From a virus, in the UHGV virus genome UHGV-1368916: DNA of 49,837 bases; one strand, given 5' to 3'. Position 1 is the stretch's first letter. Each line of letters starts with the position of its first letter. Below the pieces are notes generated by a model, which saw only the letters and a program-made list of their open reading frames with translations, was not told the origin of the DNA and did not search any database. The translations under genes and the position numbers were made by a program. Positions 8,006 to 16,708 of the stretch are shown here, piece by piece.

Positions 8006-8358
8006 CTATCACACTACAGGCAGTAAACGAGCTCATCGCCTCCCTGGAGAACGCAGGCGAGCTGTCGATCAAAGAGACAAAGGTTATGGCGCTGGCGAAA
8101 GCGTTTAAGCAGCTGGTTGCGGAGAATGTGGAGCTGAAGCAGTCAGAGCGAGAGCTCGACAATACGTGCGCTGAAGAATTCGGTCAGGACTGGGTTAGCG
8201 AATTGACCGAAACCCCCGCCACCGATCGCATCGTAGCCGAAGCCGAGGCGCGCGGAATTGAGAAGTTCGCGAAAAAGCTTGAGTCACGTGGCAGGCATCA
8301 GGACTACGTTGCAATTGCCAACGCATTCGCCAATCAGCTGCGCGAGGGGGCCAAATGA
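8002..8358 (+). CDS. Hypothetical protein (118 aa)
   Basis: The ATG at 8002 (MTITLQAVNELIASLENAG...) overlaps the upstream stop. Confidence 0.45.
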   Translation: MTITLQAVNELIASLENAGELSIKETKVMALAKAFKQLVAENVELKQSERELDNTCAEEFGQDWVSELTETPATDRIVAEAEARGIEKFAKKLESRGRHQDYVAIANAFANQLREGAK

Positions 8359-8615
8359 GCATTGCCACTTATCTCAATACCGGTTTAGCCATTCTGGGAT
8401 GGGCATACATCATGGTTAAAACAGGCCAGTGGATTACCAAAAATGCTCTGAGGCAGTGGGACAAGCGTCGTAAGGAATCTCGTCGCCAGAAAGCTGTGAA
8501 TGAGTTTTATGACGCCTTTGAGCTTAACAGCCTGGAACCTGGCTCTACCGTTCGCCTGGCCACTAAAGGCGACCTGACAATCATGATGTTCCGCAGCGAG
8601 GGGGCCGACAAATGA
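8355..8615 (+). CDS. Hypothetical small membrane protein (86 aa)
   Basis: The N-terminus has a hydrophobic helix (YLNTGLAILGWAYIMV). The gene is coupled to its neighbours. Confidence 0.45.
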   Translation: MSIATYLNTGLAILGWAYIMVKTGQWITKNALRQWDKRRKESRRQKAVNEFYDAFELNSLEPGSTVRLATKGDLTIMMFRSEGADK

Positions 8616-9364
8616 TCCACTTCCACGGAGGCCCAATAACCCCCGACACCTGCGCGCTGAAGGCATGGAAAGGCCGGCACGCATTTATCTCTTTCGCGAA
8701 CTCAGGTCAATTAGCGCTGGCTAGCGAAGTTACTCAGTCATTTGCTCTGGATAACGGCGCATTCAGTTTCTGGACGAAAAAACGAGTTGTGGACTGGAAC
8801 GAGTATTACCGGTTCGTCGAGCGTTGGGCTAATCACCCGCGGTTCTCATTCGCCATTATCCCGGACGTTATCGGCGGTAGTAGCGAAGAAAACGATGCGC
8901 TGATTGCAGAGTGGCCGCACGGAAAGTTCATTGGGGCGCCAGTGTGGCACATGAACGAACCAGACGAGCGGTTTATTCAACTCTGCAATGAGTTCCCCCG
9001 CGTGGCGATCGGCAGCATGGGAGAATATGACGCAAAGCGGCCGCGCCGCTGTGTGGCTCGCCTGCGTGACTTAATCCGGCATGTTGTGGATGAGAACGGC
9101 TACCCGATCTGCAAACTGCACGGCCTACGTATGCTCAATGCCGATATTTTCCGCCATATACCGCTGTCATCAGCTGATAGCACAAACGTGGCCCGCAATA
9201 TCGGTATCGATAAATCATGGCAGAAATCAGCCTATGCACCGGCCAGCAAAGAAACGAGAGCCGCTGTACTCGTTGAGCGTATCGAGTCAATGAACAGCGC
9301 CAGTGCGCTCAACTATAACGCCGAACGCGACCGCTTTATGCCGCAATTGGCCTTTGAGATTTAG
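8612..9364 (+). CDS. dpdA: TGT-fold protein, DpdA-like (7-deazaguanine DNA transglycosylase family). It has no zinc-binding C-terminal domain.
   Basis: Motifs in the tRNA-guanine transglycosylase order are present: ALDNGAFSF (cf. TDSGGFQV, catalytic Asp), AIIPDVIGG (cf. MIFDEC), VAIGSMGEY (cf. AVGGLAVGE), KLHGLRM (cf. YLMGVGKP) and SSADSTNVARNIG (cf. DCVMPTRNARNG, nucleophile Asp). Confidence 0.55.
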   Translation: MIHFHGGPITPDTCALKAWKGRHAFISFANSGQLALASEVTQSFALDNGAFSFWTKKRVVDWNEYYRFVERWANHPRFSFAIIPDVIGGSSEENDALIAEWPHGKFIGAPVWHMNEPDERFIQLCNEFPRVAIGSMGEYDAKRPRRCVARLRDLIRHVVDENGYPICKLHGLRMLNADIFRHIPLSSADSTNVARNIGIDKSWQKSAYAPASKETRAAVLVERIESMNSASALNYNAERDRFMPQLAFEI

Positions 9365-9374
9365 GGAGTCAACC

Positions 9375-9809
9375 ATGACTAATATCACCGAACTGGCGCA
9401 GAGAGCCAGAATCAATGCTGAATGCGGTGAGCATCTTTCCCCGGCGGAGACCATGGAGCTGGTAGAGGCACTGGAGAATTCAGAATCACGGCTTCATGAG
9501 GTCGCCGTAGCGTGCGCAACCGCAGAGCAGGCGCTGGAGAAGGCGCAGCAGCAAACGACTGAAAGCGAAAATCGCGTTCGCAAGCAGAATCGCCACATCT
9601 GTGAGCTGTTCGACGATAACACAGCACTGCGCCAGCGCATCGCCGGGCTGGAGTCCCGCACCGTCACCGTGAAGCTGCCGAAGCTCAAAATGCTCGAAGA
9701 CTATCTCGCAGAGGTAGCCATTGAAGAGCGGAAACAGATTTTGGTCGGCGTGAAACTTGAGTTTCATCGTGCGTGTGTTGCCGCTGGCATCAAGGTGGAG
9801 GCTGAGTGA
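9375..9809 (+). CDS. Hypothetical coiled-coil protein (144 aa)
   Basis: The RBS GGGAGTCAACC precedes the ATG at 9375. The upstream in-frame ATG at 9303 would overlap the DpdA-like gene. Confidence 0.45.
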   Translation: MTNITELAQRARINAECGEHLSPAETMELVEALENSESRLHEVAVACATAEQALEKAQQQTTESENRVRKQNRHICELFDDNTALRQRIAGLESRTVTVKLPKLKMLEDYLAEVAIEERKQILVGVKLEFHRACVAAGIKVEAE

Positions 9810-9979
9810 TGCGTAAATTCAAAGTGACCATTGAGACCGGGATTGTTGGCGGAAATTTCGAGGAAATATTCGAAGTTGAAGATGATGCAACCGATGAAGA
9901 GATTGCAGCAGAAGCTAAGGATATTTTCCTGAATCAATGCAATTACGGCTACAGCGAAATTACCGGGGAGACTGAGTGA
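9809..9979 (+). CDS. Small acidic protein (56 aa)
   Basis: ATGA overlaps couple it to both neighbours. The product is MRKFKVTIETGIVGGNFEEIFEVEDDATDEEIAAEAKDIFLNQCNYGYSEITGETE. Confidence 0.35.
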   Translation: MRKFKVTIETGIVGGNFEEIFEVEDDATDEEIAAEAKDIFLNQCNYGYSEITGETE

Positions 9980-10191
9980 TGGGCATAACTGAAGGGTTTT
10001 GCGCTGACCTGTATTGCGACTGTGATGGCTGTCAGTCAGGGAAAATCTATCCGCAGGGGCAGGCTGATTTTATTGGCCGGAATATGACCGACATTTCTCA
10101 GCAGGCGCGCAAAGCTGGCTGGCGCATCAGCAAAGACCGCCAGCGTTGCTATGCGCCGGGCCACAAAATTTCACGGGGAGCCAACCAATGA
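9979..10191 (+). CDS. Small Cys-rich protein (70 aa), possibly zinc-binding
   Basis: It contains CADLYCDCDGC...RCYAPGH. The ATG overlaps the upstream stop. Confidence 0.4.
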   Translation: MGITEGFCADLYCDCDGCQSGKIYPQGQADFIGRNMTDISQQARKAGWRISKDRQRCYAPGHKISRGANQ

Positions 10192-10694
10192 CCAGCAAAT
10201 TAACCAGAGAGCCAATCACTCACAAATTGAAAATTTACCCTGAATTCTTCTCTGCTGTCTGTACTGGCGTTAAACGCGCGGAGCTGCGTAAAAATGACCG
10301 TGATTATCGTGTTGGCGACACTCTTCACCTGATGGAGACACCGCGCGGTAGTTGTCATCAAACGGGAGAGTTTATCAATGTGAAAATCACCCATATCGCT
10401 GACGTTGGCGAATGGATGCCGGGTTATGTTCTGCTGAGTGTTGAGCTACAGGAGCGCCGCAAGGCCAACAGCGATCCGGTGGCGTACATCAGCAAAGCAG
10501 ACTTTGATGCCGGTTTTCCGCATATCCTGGCAAGAAGGGATTTCAACAAGGCTTGCACTATGCCAGTCTACGCCGCCCCGCAGCCAGCGCCGGTAGTGCC
10601 GGATAAAATGACAGCGATTGTTAAGGATGAGGCCGAGTACGTAGAAGGCTGGAACGCCTGCCGCGCCGCCATGCTCAACGGAGGTAAGTCATGA
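10188..10694 (+). CDS. ASCH-like DUF3850 domain protein
   Basis: The N-terminus HKLKIYPEFFSAVCTGVKRAELRKNDRDYRVGDTLHLME matches the DUF3850 / ASCH beta-barrel signature. Confidence 0.5.
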   Translation: MTSKLTREPITHKLKIYPEFFSAVCTGVKRAELRKNDRDYRVGDTLHLMETPRGSCHQTGEFINVKITHIADVGEWMPGYVLLSVELQERRKANSDPVAYISKADFDAGFPHILARRDFNKACTMPVYAAPQPAPVVPDKMTAIVKDEAEYVEGWNACRAAMLNGGKS

Positions 10695-11362
10695 AAGACA
10701 AGCTACTGCTACTCAGAAACCAGCTGAAGATGGGGCATAGAATATCATTCGCTGAAGCAATGCTCCTGCAGAGAGCTATCGACATTCTTGTGAGTAAGGC
10801 TGGCAACCTTCCGGTTAACGATGTCACTGCTGGTAAACTGTTTACCAATGGTGATGTCGTTACCGTTGAGTCGCTGACCACCATCAATCCCGCGCCAACT
10901 CTGGATTTATTGCCAAAAAACGCCGAGTCGCTGACCGGCAATTCTCCGGCAAATCCGGATTGTTGGTGCCGCACATGCCGTCCTGTGGTCTTGAATGATA
11001 TGCGCTTCGTGGTGTGCCCAGACTGTGGAAACAAGCGATGCCCGCGAGCGAATGACCATAGAAATTCCTGCACCGGAAGCAATGAGCCTGGTCAGGAAGG
11101 AAGTGCGTATCCGGATAACCAGCAGTCACCTGGCAGTGAACCCGCTACCGTGCCGGGTAAATGGATTCCGGTAAGCGAGCGGATGCCTGAAAAAGGGCAG
11201 GCGGTGCTTGTGTACAGGCCTAAAGCGCATGAAGGTGGCGACTCGGATGTAAGGGTTGCTGTATACGGTAGACATAATTTTGAGCATGGTTTTGGTTGCT
11301 ATTGGGAGCCGTCGCACTGGATGCCGCTGCCAGCCGCCCCGCAGGAGGTTGGTGATGCCTAA
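10691..11362 (+). CDS. DUF551-domain phage protein with an N-terminal Cys cluster
   Basis: The C-terminus WIPVSERMPEKGQAVLVY...YWEPSHWMPLP is DUF551-like. The Cys cluster is CWCRTCRP...CPDCGNKRCP. Confidence 0.5.
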   Translation: MKDKLLLLRNQLKMGHRISFAEAMLLQRAIDILVSKAGNLPVNDVTAGKLFTNGDVVTVESLTTINPAPTLDLLPKNAESLTGNSPANPDCWCRTCRPVVLNDMRFVVCPDCGNKRCPRANDHRNSCTGSNEPGQEGSAYPDNQQSPGSEPATVPGKWIPVSERMPEKGQAVLVYRPKAHEGGDSDVRVAVYGRHNFEHGFGCYWEPSHWMPLPAAPQEVGDA

Positions 11363-11397
11363 ATCCCCCGCAGAACGCAAAGCCTCCAACTGAAATC

Positions 11398-11423
11398 AAA
11401 CCCCTCTCCGGAGGGGTTTTTAT
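11398..11423 (+). terminator. Rho-independent terminator (CCCCTC tccg GAGGGG plus T5)
   Basis: A perfect 6-bp GC stem with a tetraloop and a T run, directly after the gene ending at 11362. Confidence 0.6.
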
Positions 11424-11519
11424 CGTATATGCTCATTTTGCTTTTATCCCCGTAACGGGCGATAATTACCTCGTCAGCCTGAGCAACTGACACGATTATC
11501 CGGCGCCAAGTGGGGACAC

Positions 11520-12116
11520 ATGGCGCAAACACTGCAATTTGAGAAGAGTTATCAAAACGTACTGATTCCCGCAGAGCCGGGAACCAGCGAATACCTGCAA
11601 CTTATCCCGGTGGGGCAACTGCTTTGCGGTGAGTTCCGCAAGCCCAGGAATTACGCATTCCACAAGAAGTTCTTCAAGCTTCTGACTCTCGGTTATCACT
11701 ACTGGACGCCTTCCGGTGGCCTCATTGAGCCCGCTGAGCGCACCCTCATATCCGGGTTTATCGACTTCCTCTCATCCGACTTCGATCAGCGCGCTGCGCT
11801 CCAGAACGCCGCGGAGATGTATCTCTCCTCTGTCGGTATTTCTCGTTCCCGCGATATGGCGCTGCTGAAACACTTCGAATCCTTCCGCGAGTGGGCAACC
11901 ATTCAGGCTGGCTTTTACGACGAATACCAGATGCCTGACGGCAGCCGTCGTCGTGTCGCAAAGTCGATCTCCTTCGCCAGCATGGACGACAGCCAGTTTA
12001 ACGGCGTCTACAAATCAGTGCTGAATGTGCTCTGGAACTACATTCTGCGTCGCAAATTCCACTCGCCAGCTGAGGCTGAAAATGCCGCCAGTCAGCTGCT
12101 GAGCTTTGCGGGGTGA
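11520..12116 (+). CDS. Hypothetical nin-region protein (198 aa)
   Basis: A clean ORF after the terminator. I recognise no motif. Confidence 0.5.
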   Translation: MAQTLQFEKSYQNVLIPAEPGTSEYLQLIPVGQLLCGEFRKPRNYAFHKKFFKLLTLGYHYWTPSGGLIEPAERTLISGFIDFLSSDFDQRAALQNAAEMYLSSVGISRSRDMALLKHFESFREWATIQAGFYDEYQMPDGSRRRVAKSISFASMDDSQFNGVYKSVLNVLWNYILRRKFHSPAEAENAASQLLSFAG

Positions 12117-12289
12117 TGGCTATGCAATGTCTTCTCGCCAAAGTAATGGATCGCGGCATCTTCCGCGTTCCCGCTCGCCGCAAGCGCAAGGTCGAAGTTA
12201 AGCCTTCCGATATCCCCACCTTTCACTATACGGCTCACCTGGCAGATGTCCGCTGGTTGCGCCGCGCTGCCAGAAGGAAAATCGCATGA
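12116..12289 (+). CDS. Small basic protein (57 aa)
   Basis: ATGA / ATGAG overlaps couple it to both neighbours. The product is [32 protein letters not shown]... Confidence 0.3.
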   Translation: MAMQCLLAKVMDRGIFRVPARRKRKVEVKPSDIPTFHYTAHLADVRWLRRAARRKIA

Positions 12290-12954
12290 GCATCTATCAA
12301 CGCATCAACGGCGCTGACTGGCGCAATATATGGGTAGTCGGCGATCTGCATGGCTGCTACACGAACCTCATGACCCAACTCGGCAAGGTGGATTTCGACC
12401 CGGAGCAGGACCTGCTTATCTCCGTTGGCGACCTCATCGACCGCGGATCAGAAAACGTTGAGTGCCTGGAGCTCATCACAATGCCGTGGTTCCGCGCCGT
12501 TCGTGGAAACCATGAGCAGATGATGATTGATGGCCTGTCAGCGCATGGCAATGTTAATCACTGGGTGGCTAACGGCGGCGGGTGGTTCTTCTATCTGGAC
12601 TACGACAAAGAGATTCTGGCTAAAGCGCTGGCTCACAAAGCCACTGAGCTGCCGCTGATCATCGAACTGGTGACCGGCGACCGCAAAGTGGTCATCTGTC
12701 ATGCTGACTACCCGCACAACGAATATGAGTTCGACAAGCCAGTACCAGAGGAAATGGTCATCTGGAACCGGGATCGGGTGAGTGATGCGCAGGACGGAAA
12801 CGTTAGTGAAATCACTGGTGCCGACCTGTTTATCTTCGGTCACACCCCGGCGCGGCAGCCCCTCAAGTTCGCCAACCAGATGTATATCGACACCGGGGCT
12901 GTGTTCTGCGGCCGCCTGACCTTGGTGCAGATCCAAGGTGGTGAGCATGCGTAA
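12286..12954 (+). CDS. Ser/Thr protein phosphatase (lambda NinI / PP-lambda family metallophosphoesterase)
   Basis: The motifs GDLHGC, GDLIDRG and GNHE are present. Confidence 0.85.
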   Translation: MSIYQRINGADWRNIWVVGDLHGCYTNLMTQLGKVDFDPEQDLLISVGDLIDRGSENVECLELITMPWFRAVRGNHEQMMIDGLSAHGNVNHWVANGGGWFFYLDYDKEILAKALAHKATELPLIIELVTGDRKVVICHADYPHNEYEFDKPVPEEMVIWNRDRVSDAQDGNVSEITGADLFIFGHTPARQPLKFANQMYIDTGAVFCGRLTLVQIQGGEHA

Positions 12955-13585
12955 ACCAGCACGTCGTAAATGCGCCCACTGCAGGGAGTGGTTCCATCCG
13001 GCCCGGGAAGGGCAGGTGGTATGCAGTTTTGAATGCGCCAGCGCGATCGCTAAAAAACAGACGGCAAAAGCCCGTGAAGCGGCGAAGGCCAAAGCGGTGA
13101 AGCGCCAGCGAGAATCCGAGAAAGAAGGGCGCCAGCGTCGCCGGGCCAAGCGCGAGTCATTCAAGACAAAGGCCCAGTGGGATAAAGAGGCTCAGTCGGC
13201 TTTCAACCGGTATATTCGCATTCGTGACGAAGGTAAGCCCTGCGTCAGCTGCGGAAGCCCGCTCATCGGCAAGAGCAACTACCTGACCGGCAGCGCCATT
13301 GATGCCAGTCACTACCGTTCCCGCGGCGCGGCGTCTCACCTGAAATTCAACGTGTTCAATGTCCACTCCGCCTGCACCCGCTGCAACCGGCAGTTGAGCG
13401 GCAACGCTGTTGAATATCGCATTCACCTGATTGAACGCATTGGCCTGGATCGCGTTGAGCGCCTTGAGGCTGATAACGAGCCGCGCCGGTTCGACATTCC
13501 CTACCTGCAGCGAATCAAATCCATATTCACCCGCAGAGCCCGCGCGCTGGAAAAGCGCCGCGCCCGCCATCAGGAGGCCGCATGA
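12947..13585 (+). CDS. ninG: NinG (Rap) recombination-associated protein
   Basis: The stretch [35 protein letters not shown]...CVSCGS...[48 protein letters not shown] aligns with lambda NinG ([33 protein letters not shown]...CISCGT...[48 protein letters not shown]). Confidence 0.85.
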   Translation: MRKPARRKCAHCREWFHPAREGQVVCSFECASAIAKKQTAKAREAAKAKAVKRQRESEKEGRQRRRAKRESFKTKAQWDKEAQSAFNRYIRIRDEGKPCVSCGSPLIGKSNYLTGSAIDASHYRSRGAASHLKFNVFNVHSACTRCNRQLSGNAVEYRIHLIERIGLDRVERLEADNEPRRFDIPYLQRIKSIFTRRARALEKRRARHQEAA

Positions 13586-13722
13586 GCCGTGACGTTATCG
13601 AACGCATCCGCGACCGCTGGCAAAAGCTGCGTCTATGCCGGCACCGTGGCACCGTACTGGTTGACTACCGAATTTTGAAGAATTTCGTCCGCATCTATCA
13701 GGCTTCAGGAGAGAAAGCATGA
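13582..13722 (+). CDS. Small protein (46 aa), NinH position
   Basis: It is coupled to ninG and to the following gene. I recognise no family. Confidence 0.3.
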   Translation: MSRDVIERIRDRWQKLRLCRHRGTVLVDYRILKNFVRIYQASGEKA

Positions 13723-14408
13723 ATACCCAGTACCTTGAGTATGTTCGCCAGCAGCTGATAGTGGCCACCGCGGATCTGAGCGGTGCGACGAAAGGACAGT
13801 TGGTTGCTTTTGCAGAGAACGCACAATTCACCGCTACGGCGCGCAGCCGGGGAAGGAAGAAAGTAGCCGATCCGGTAACAGGCCGCATGGTAAACCCATC
13901 CAGCCCGCCAATCCCCGGGCAGCAGTCGCGCGCAAAAGGTTCATCAATCGCTCTCGTTCTGCCCGTTGAGTACTCGACGGCAAGCTGGCGCCGGGCTCTG
14001 CTGTCGCTGGAAGAGCATCAGAAAGCCTGGCTGCTGTGGAATTACAGCGAGAACATCCGCTTTGAATATCAGGTCGCGATAACACAGTGGGCATGGGAAG
14101 AATTCCGTGATCAACTCGGCGCTAAGAAAGTGGCCGGCAAGACGATGGAGCGGCTGAAGAAACTGATATGGCTGGCGGCGCAGGACGTGAAAGCAGAGCT
14201 GGCGGGTAAGTATGTATACCAACACCAGGATCTTGCAGCCCTGTGTGGCGTTAAGCCTGATAACTGGTGCCATAACTACGCTGATTACTGGCGGGCTATG
14301 TGCGCCATTTTTAAGCGGCTTGATAGCGACTCTCTTCTCTGTGCCGTGAGAACACGATCACAACAAAAAGCGACTTTTTCGCAGCAAGGTCTTGCAAAAG
14401 TCAATTAA
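13719..14408 (+). CDS. Candidate late-gene antiterminator Q
   Basis: This call is positional. It is the last gene of the nin-like block, followed by a structured non-coding region, tRNAs and the lysis cassette. I do not recognise the Q family from the sequence alone. Confidence 0.4.
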   Translation: MNTQYLEYVRQQLIVATADLSGATKGQLVAFAENAQFTATARSRGRKKVADPVTGRMVNPSSPPIPGQQSRAKGSSIALVLPVEYSTASWRRALLSLEEHQKAWLLWNYSENIRFEYQVAITQWAWEEFRDQLGAKKVAGKTMERLKKLIWLAAQDVKAELAGKYVYQHQDLAALCGVKPDNWCHNYADYWRAMCAIFKRLDSDSLLCAVRTRSQQKATFSQQGLAKVN

Positions 14409-14474
14409 ATGCGTCATATTTGAGTCTACTTTGATATGCTGCCTTAACTTTAAGTGGCGGCATGAAGAATAAAA

Positions 14475-14510
14475 AGGCCCTGGCGGAAACGTCGGGGCTT
14501 TTCCGTATCT
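14475..14510 (+). terminator. Hairpin plus T-run downstream of the Q candidate (GCCCTGGCG gaaa CGTCGGGGC TTTTCC). It may be a tR-prime-like terminator of a short late leader.
   Basis: An imperfect GC-rich stem followed by TTTTCC, about 70 nt after the Q stop. Confidence 0.3.
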
Positions 14511-14829
14511 GGAGGGTGAAAAAATGCATAAATAAACGGTAAGACCGCAGCCGCAAGGCAATGGAGCAGTCGTGATGTTCCCCTGAGTCGCCATTGAGCG
14601 AGCCTGTGTAGCGACGGGTCAAGGTTCTTATATCAAAAGAAGCTCCGGTAAAGCAGCGCGAATGCCAGACGTGCACCGGTTATAAGCGGCGATGATGCGG
14701 CATGGACTCAAGGGCATGAGCGCGGACCACTGCGAGAGTGTGGTTGTGCAATCCGGTCAGGGCTCTTGGGTAGAGACGTGCTGCACGACACGTCGACACC
14801 CGCAGCGCAAGAGCCCTGAACCAGATTGA

Positions 14830-14904
14830 GGGTCGATCGTATAAAGGTAATTACGGCAGGCTGTTAACCTGCTTATCGTGGTTCGATTCCACGTCGTCCC
14901 GCCA
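14830..14904 (+). tRNA. tRNA-Asn (GTT anticodon), with one U-U mismatch in the acceptor stem
   Basis: By hand folding, the acceptor is GGGTCGA/TCGTCCC. The anticodon arm is GCAGG-CTGTTAA-CCTGC. The T arm is CGTGG-TTCGATT-CCACG. It has a G discriminator and an encoded CCA. Confidence 0.5.
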
Positions 14905-14910
14905 AATTAC

Positions 14911-14986
14911 GGAGCTCTGGCGTAGATGGTTCGCGCGGATGCCTGAAGAGTATCAGGAGATGGTTCGATTCCATCGGGCTCCACCA
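14911..14986 (+). tRNA. tRNA-Phe (GAA anticodon), 76 nt with encoded CCA
   Basis: By hand folding, the acceptor GGAGCTC/GGGCTCC pairs fully (one G-U). The anticodon arm is GATGC-CTGAAGA-GTATC. The T arm is GATGG-TTCGATT-CCATC. U8, A14 and G18 G19 are present. Confidence 0.5.
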
Positions 14987-14991
14987 AATTA

Positions 14992-15067
14992 GCCGGCTTA
15001 GCTCCAATGGTAGAGCAGTCGCCTTGTAAGCGAATGGGTAGCGGTTCAAGTCCGTTACCGCCGTCAC
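14992..15067 (+). tRNA. tRNA-like element with a Thr(TGT)-type D-arm and anticodon arm, but a non-complementary 3-prime acceptor strand. It may be a pseudo-tRNA.
   Basis: The 5-prime portion GCCGGCT-TA-GCTCCAATGGTAGAGC-A-GTCGC-CTTGTAA-GCGA and a T arm AGCGG-TTCAAGT-CCGTT are canonical. The following ACCGCCG cannot pair with GCCGGCT, and no CCA follows. Confidence 0.25.
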
Positions 15068-15087
15068 TTTTACCCTTGGTATTACTT

Positions 15088-15111
15088 CCCGCCTTGAGCG
15101 GGTTTTTTTTT
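15088..15111 (+). terminator. Rho-independent terminator (CCCGC cttga GCGGG plus T9)
   Basis: Seen directly, after the tRNA cluster. Confidence 0.6.
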
Positions 15112-15249
15112 CGCGCTTCGCATGCGCATCCAAATAACGTCGAACCAATCACTTTGAAATGAGCCTTTGAGGAAGTCAGTTAGTGCTGGCGAGCCTCGAC
15201 GGGCTGATTTCCTATGCGACAAAGGTTCATCTCAAAGAAGGTAAACGCA

Positions 15250-15837
15250 ATGCACGACTCAACGAGCGGGTTGGTCTTTGGGGTTGGCAAACTCGATGTG
15301 CACCCCGTTATCAATAAAGGAGTAAAACTCAGATCATACAGAGTATGGTTTGGGATGCTGAAAAGATGCTACGGAAAGGGAACAGCATTTAAAAGTGAAT
15401 ACCAAGGATGCTCAGTCGATGAACAATGGCATAAGTTCAGTAATTTTCAGCAATTTTACGACAAGAACTACTTCGAAGGCGCCGAGTTAGACAAGGATTT
15501 GCTTTATCTGGGCAATAAAGTTTACTCAAAAGATAGGTGCGTTTTCATTCCGCCATTCCTCAACGCCTTTATCACTGTTAGGCCGCCAAGAAACAACAAC
15601 CTTCCGATTGGCGTATACCAAGTTAGCAACAGCCGGAAGTATCAATCAGAAATACAAGTTAATGGCGAAAGAAAATATTTAGGACTCTTTGAAGATCCGC
15701 ATGAAGCTCACTCCGCTTGGTTTAATGAAAAGCTGAAGATGGCAATCTCCTACAAAGAGCTGTGTGATTCTCTGCACCCTGATTTGTATGGCGGACTCAT
15801 AACCAAAATAGAAAGCATGCGAGTCTATCCGGATTAA
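15250..15837 (+). CDS. AP2-domain DNA-binding protein (homing-endonuclease-like), AT-rich gene between the tRNAs and the holin
   Basis: The stretch GVYQVSNSRKYQSEIQVNGERKYLGLFEDPHEAHSAW fits the AP2 fold. The N-terminal region carries YRVWFGMLKRC...W..F..F. GC content is clearly lower than in the flanking genes. The alternative ATG at 15214 adds 12 aa. Confidence 0.55.
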   Translation: MHDSTSGLVFGVGKLDVHPVINKGVKLRSYRVWFGMLKRCYGKGTAFKSEYQGCSVDEQWHKFSNFQQFYDKNYFEGAELDKDLLYLGNKVYSKDRCVFIPPFLNAFITVRPPRNNNLPIGVYQVSNSRKYQSEIQVNGERKYLGLFEDPHEAHSAWFNEKLKMAISYKELCDSLHPDLYGGLITKIESMRVYPD

Positions 15838-15954
15838 TAATTCTACATTTTCAGGGCCCCTGGGAATCACCCTCGACGCTTTGTTGGTAAATCAGCCCGA
15901 CGGCCCTGACCTTCTCACACACAGCTTCCCGATCTTTCATCGGAGGCGGTAACT

Positions 15955-16272
15955 ATGGCTAAGCGTATGCAAGACAAAGAGAGCATTGCCGGGATGTCCT
16001 GGCTGGTTCTGCTGATCATTGCTTGCTGGGGTGGACTTGTCCGCTACCTGATAGATGTGAAGCAGAGCAAGGCGACGTGGAGCTTGATCAATGCTCTTGC
16101 CCAAATGGTGGTTTCAGGGTTTACCGGCGTTATTGCTGGCCTGGTGAGCATTGAAAGCGGACTGAGCATTTACATGATTCTGGCAACCGCGGGGATAAGC
16201 GGCGCGATGGGTTCCGTGGCGTTGACATATTTCTGGGAGCGTCTGACGGGGATTAAAGATGCAAATCAGTAA
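15955..16272 (+). CDS. Holin (105 aa, two or three TM segments)
   Basis: The RBS GGAGGCGG precedes it. Hydrophobic segments are WLVLLIIACWGGLV, VVSGFTGVIAGLV and IYMILATAGISGAMG. It lies immediately upstream of the lysozyme and overlaps it. Confidence 0.7.
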   Translation: MAKRMQDKESIAGMSWLVLLIIACWGGLVRYLIDVKQSKATWSLINALAQMVVSGFTGVIAGLVSIESGLSIYMILATAGISGAMGSVALTYFWERLTGIKDANQ

Positions 16273-16708
16273 TAACGGTATCGCGCTAATTAAGCGATTT
16301 GAGGGTTGTCGGTTAACTGCATATCCCGACCCGGGCACCGGCGGTGATCCCTGGACGATAGGTTACGGCTGGACTGGGAAAGTCGACGGCAAACCTATCA
16401 AGCCCGGAATGAAGATTGACGACGCAACGGCGGATCGCCTGCTGCGCACTGGCGTAGTGAGCTTTGACCAGGCGGTAAGCAAGATGCTCAAAGTCTCCGT
16501 TACCCAGAACCAGTACGACGCGCTTGTGTCGCTGGCCTACAACATCGGTACGCGAGCGCTATCCACATCAACGCTGATGAAGAAGCTGAATGCGGGCGAT
16601 GTGAAAAGCGCAGCTGATGAGTTCCTTCGCTGGAACCGGTCAGGCGGCAAGGTAATGGCTGGGTTAACGAATCGCCGCAAGGCAGAGCGTGAGGTATTTC
16701 TCTCATGA
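16259..16708 (+). CDS. Endolysin, T4-type lysozyme (GH24)
   Basis: The sequence IALIKRFEGCRLTAYPDPGTGGDPWTIGYGWT has the catalytic Glu-Asp-Thr context. The stretch YDALVSLAYNIG is also present. Confidence 0.9.
   Translation: MQISNNGIALIKRFEGCRLTAYPDPGTGGDPWTIGYGWTGKVDGKPIKPGMKIDDATADRLLRTGVVSFDQAVSKMLKVSVTQNQYDALVSLAYNIGTRALSTSTLMKKLNAGDVKSAADEFLRWNRSGGKVMAGLTNRRKAEREVFLS

Noticed and set aside
12538-13164. 208-aa minus-strand ORF overlapping the phosphatase and ninG
   Set aside because: It is antisense to two genes with clear motif-level identification.
14992-15067. A third functional tRNA (Thr-TGT)
   Set aside because: The 3-prime acceptor strand (ACCGCCG) cannot pair with the 5-prime strand (GCCGGCT), and no CCA follows. 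It is retained only as a tRNA-like or pseudo-tRNA element at low confidence.
15214-15837. A Shiga toxin or other known toxin in the Q-S late slot
   Set aside because: The only gene there is an AP2-domain protein. No A/B-subunit-like ORFs or signal-peptide pair are present.
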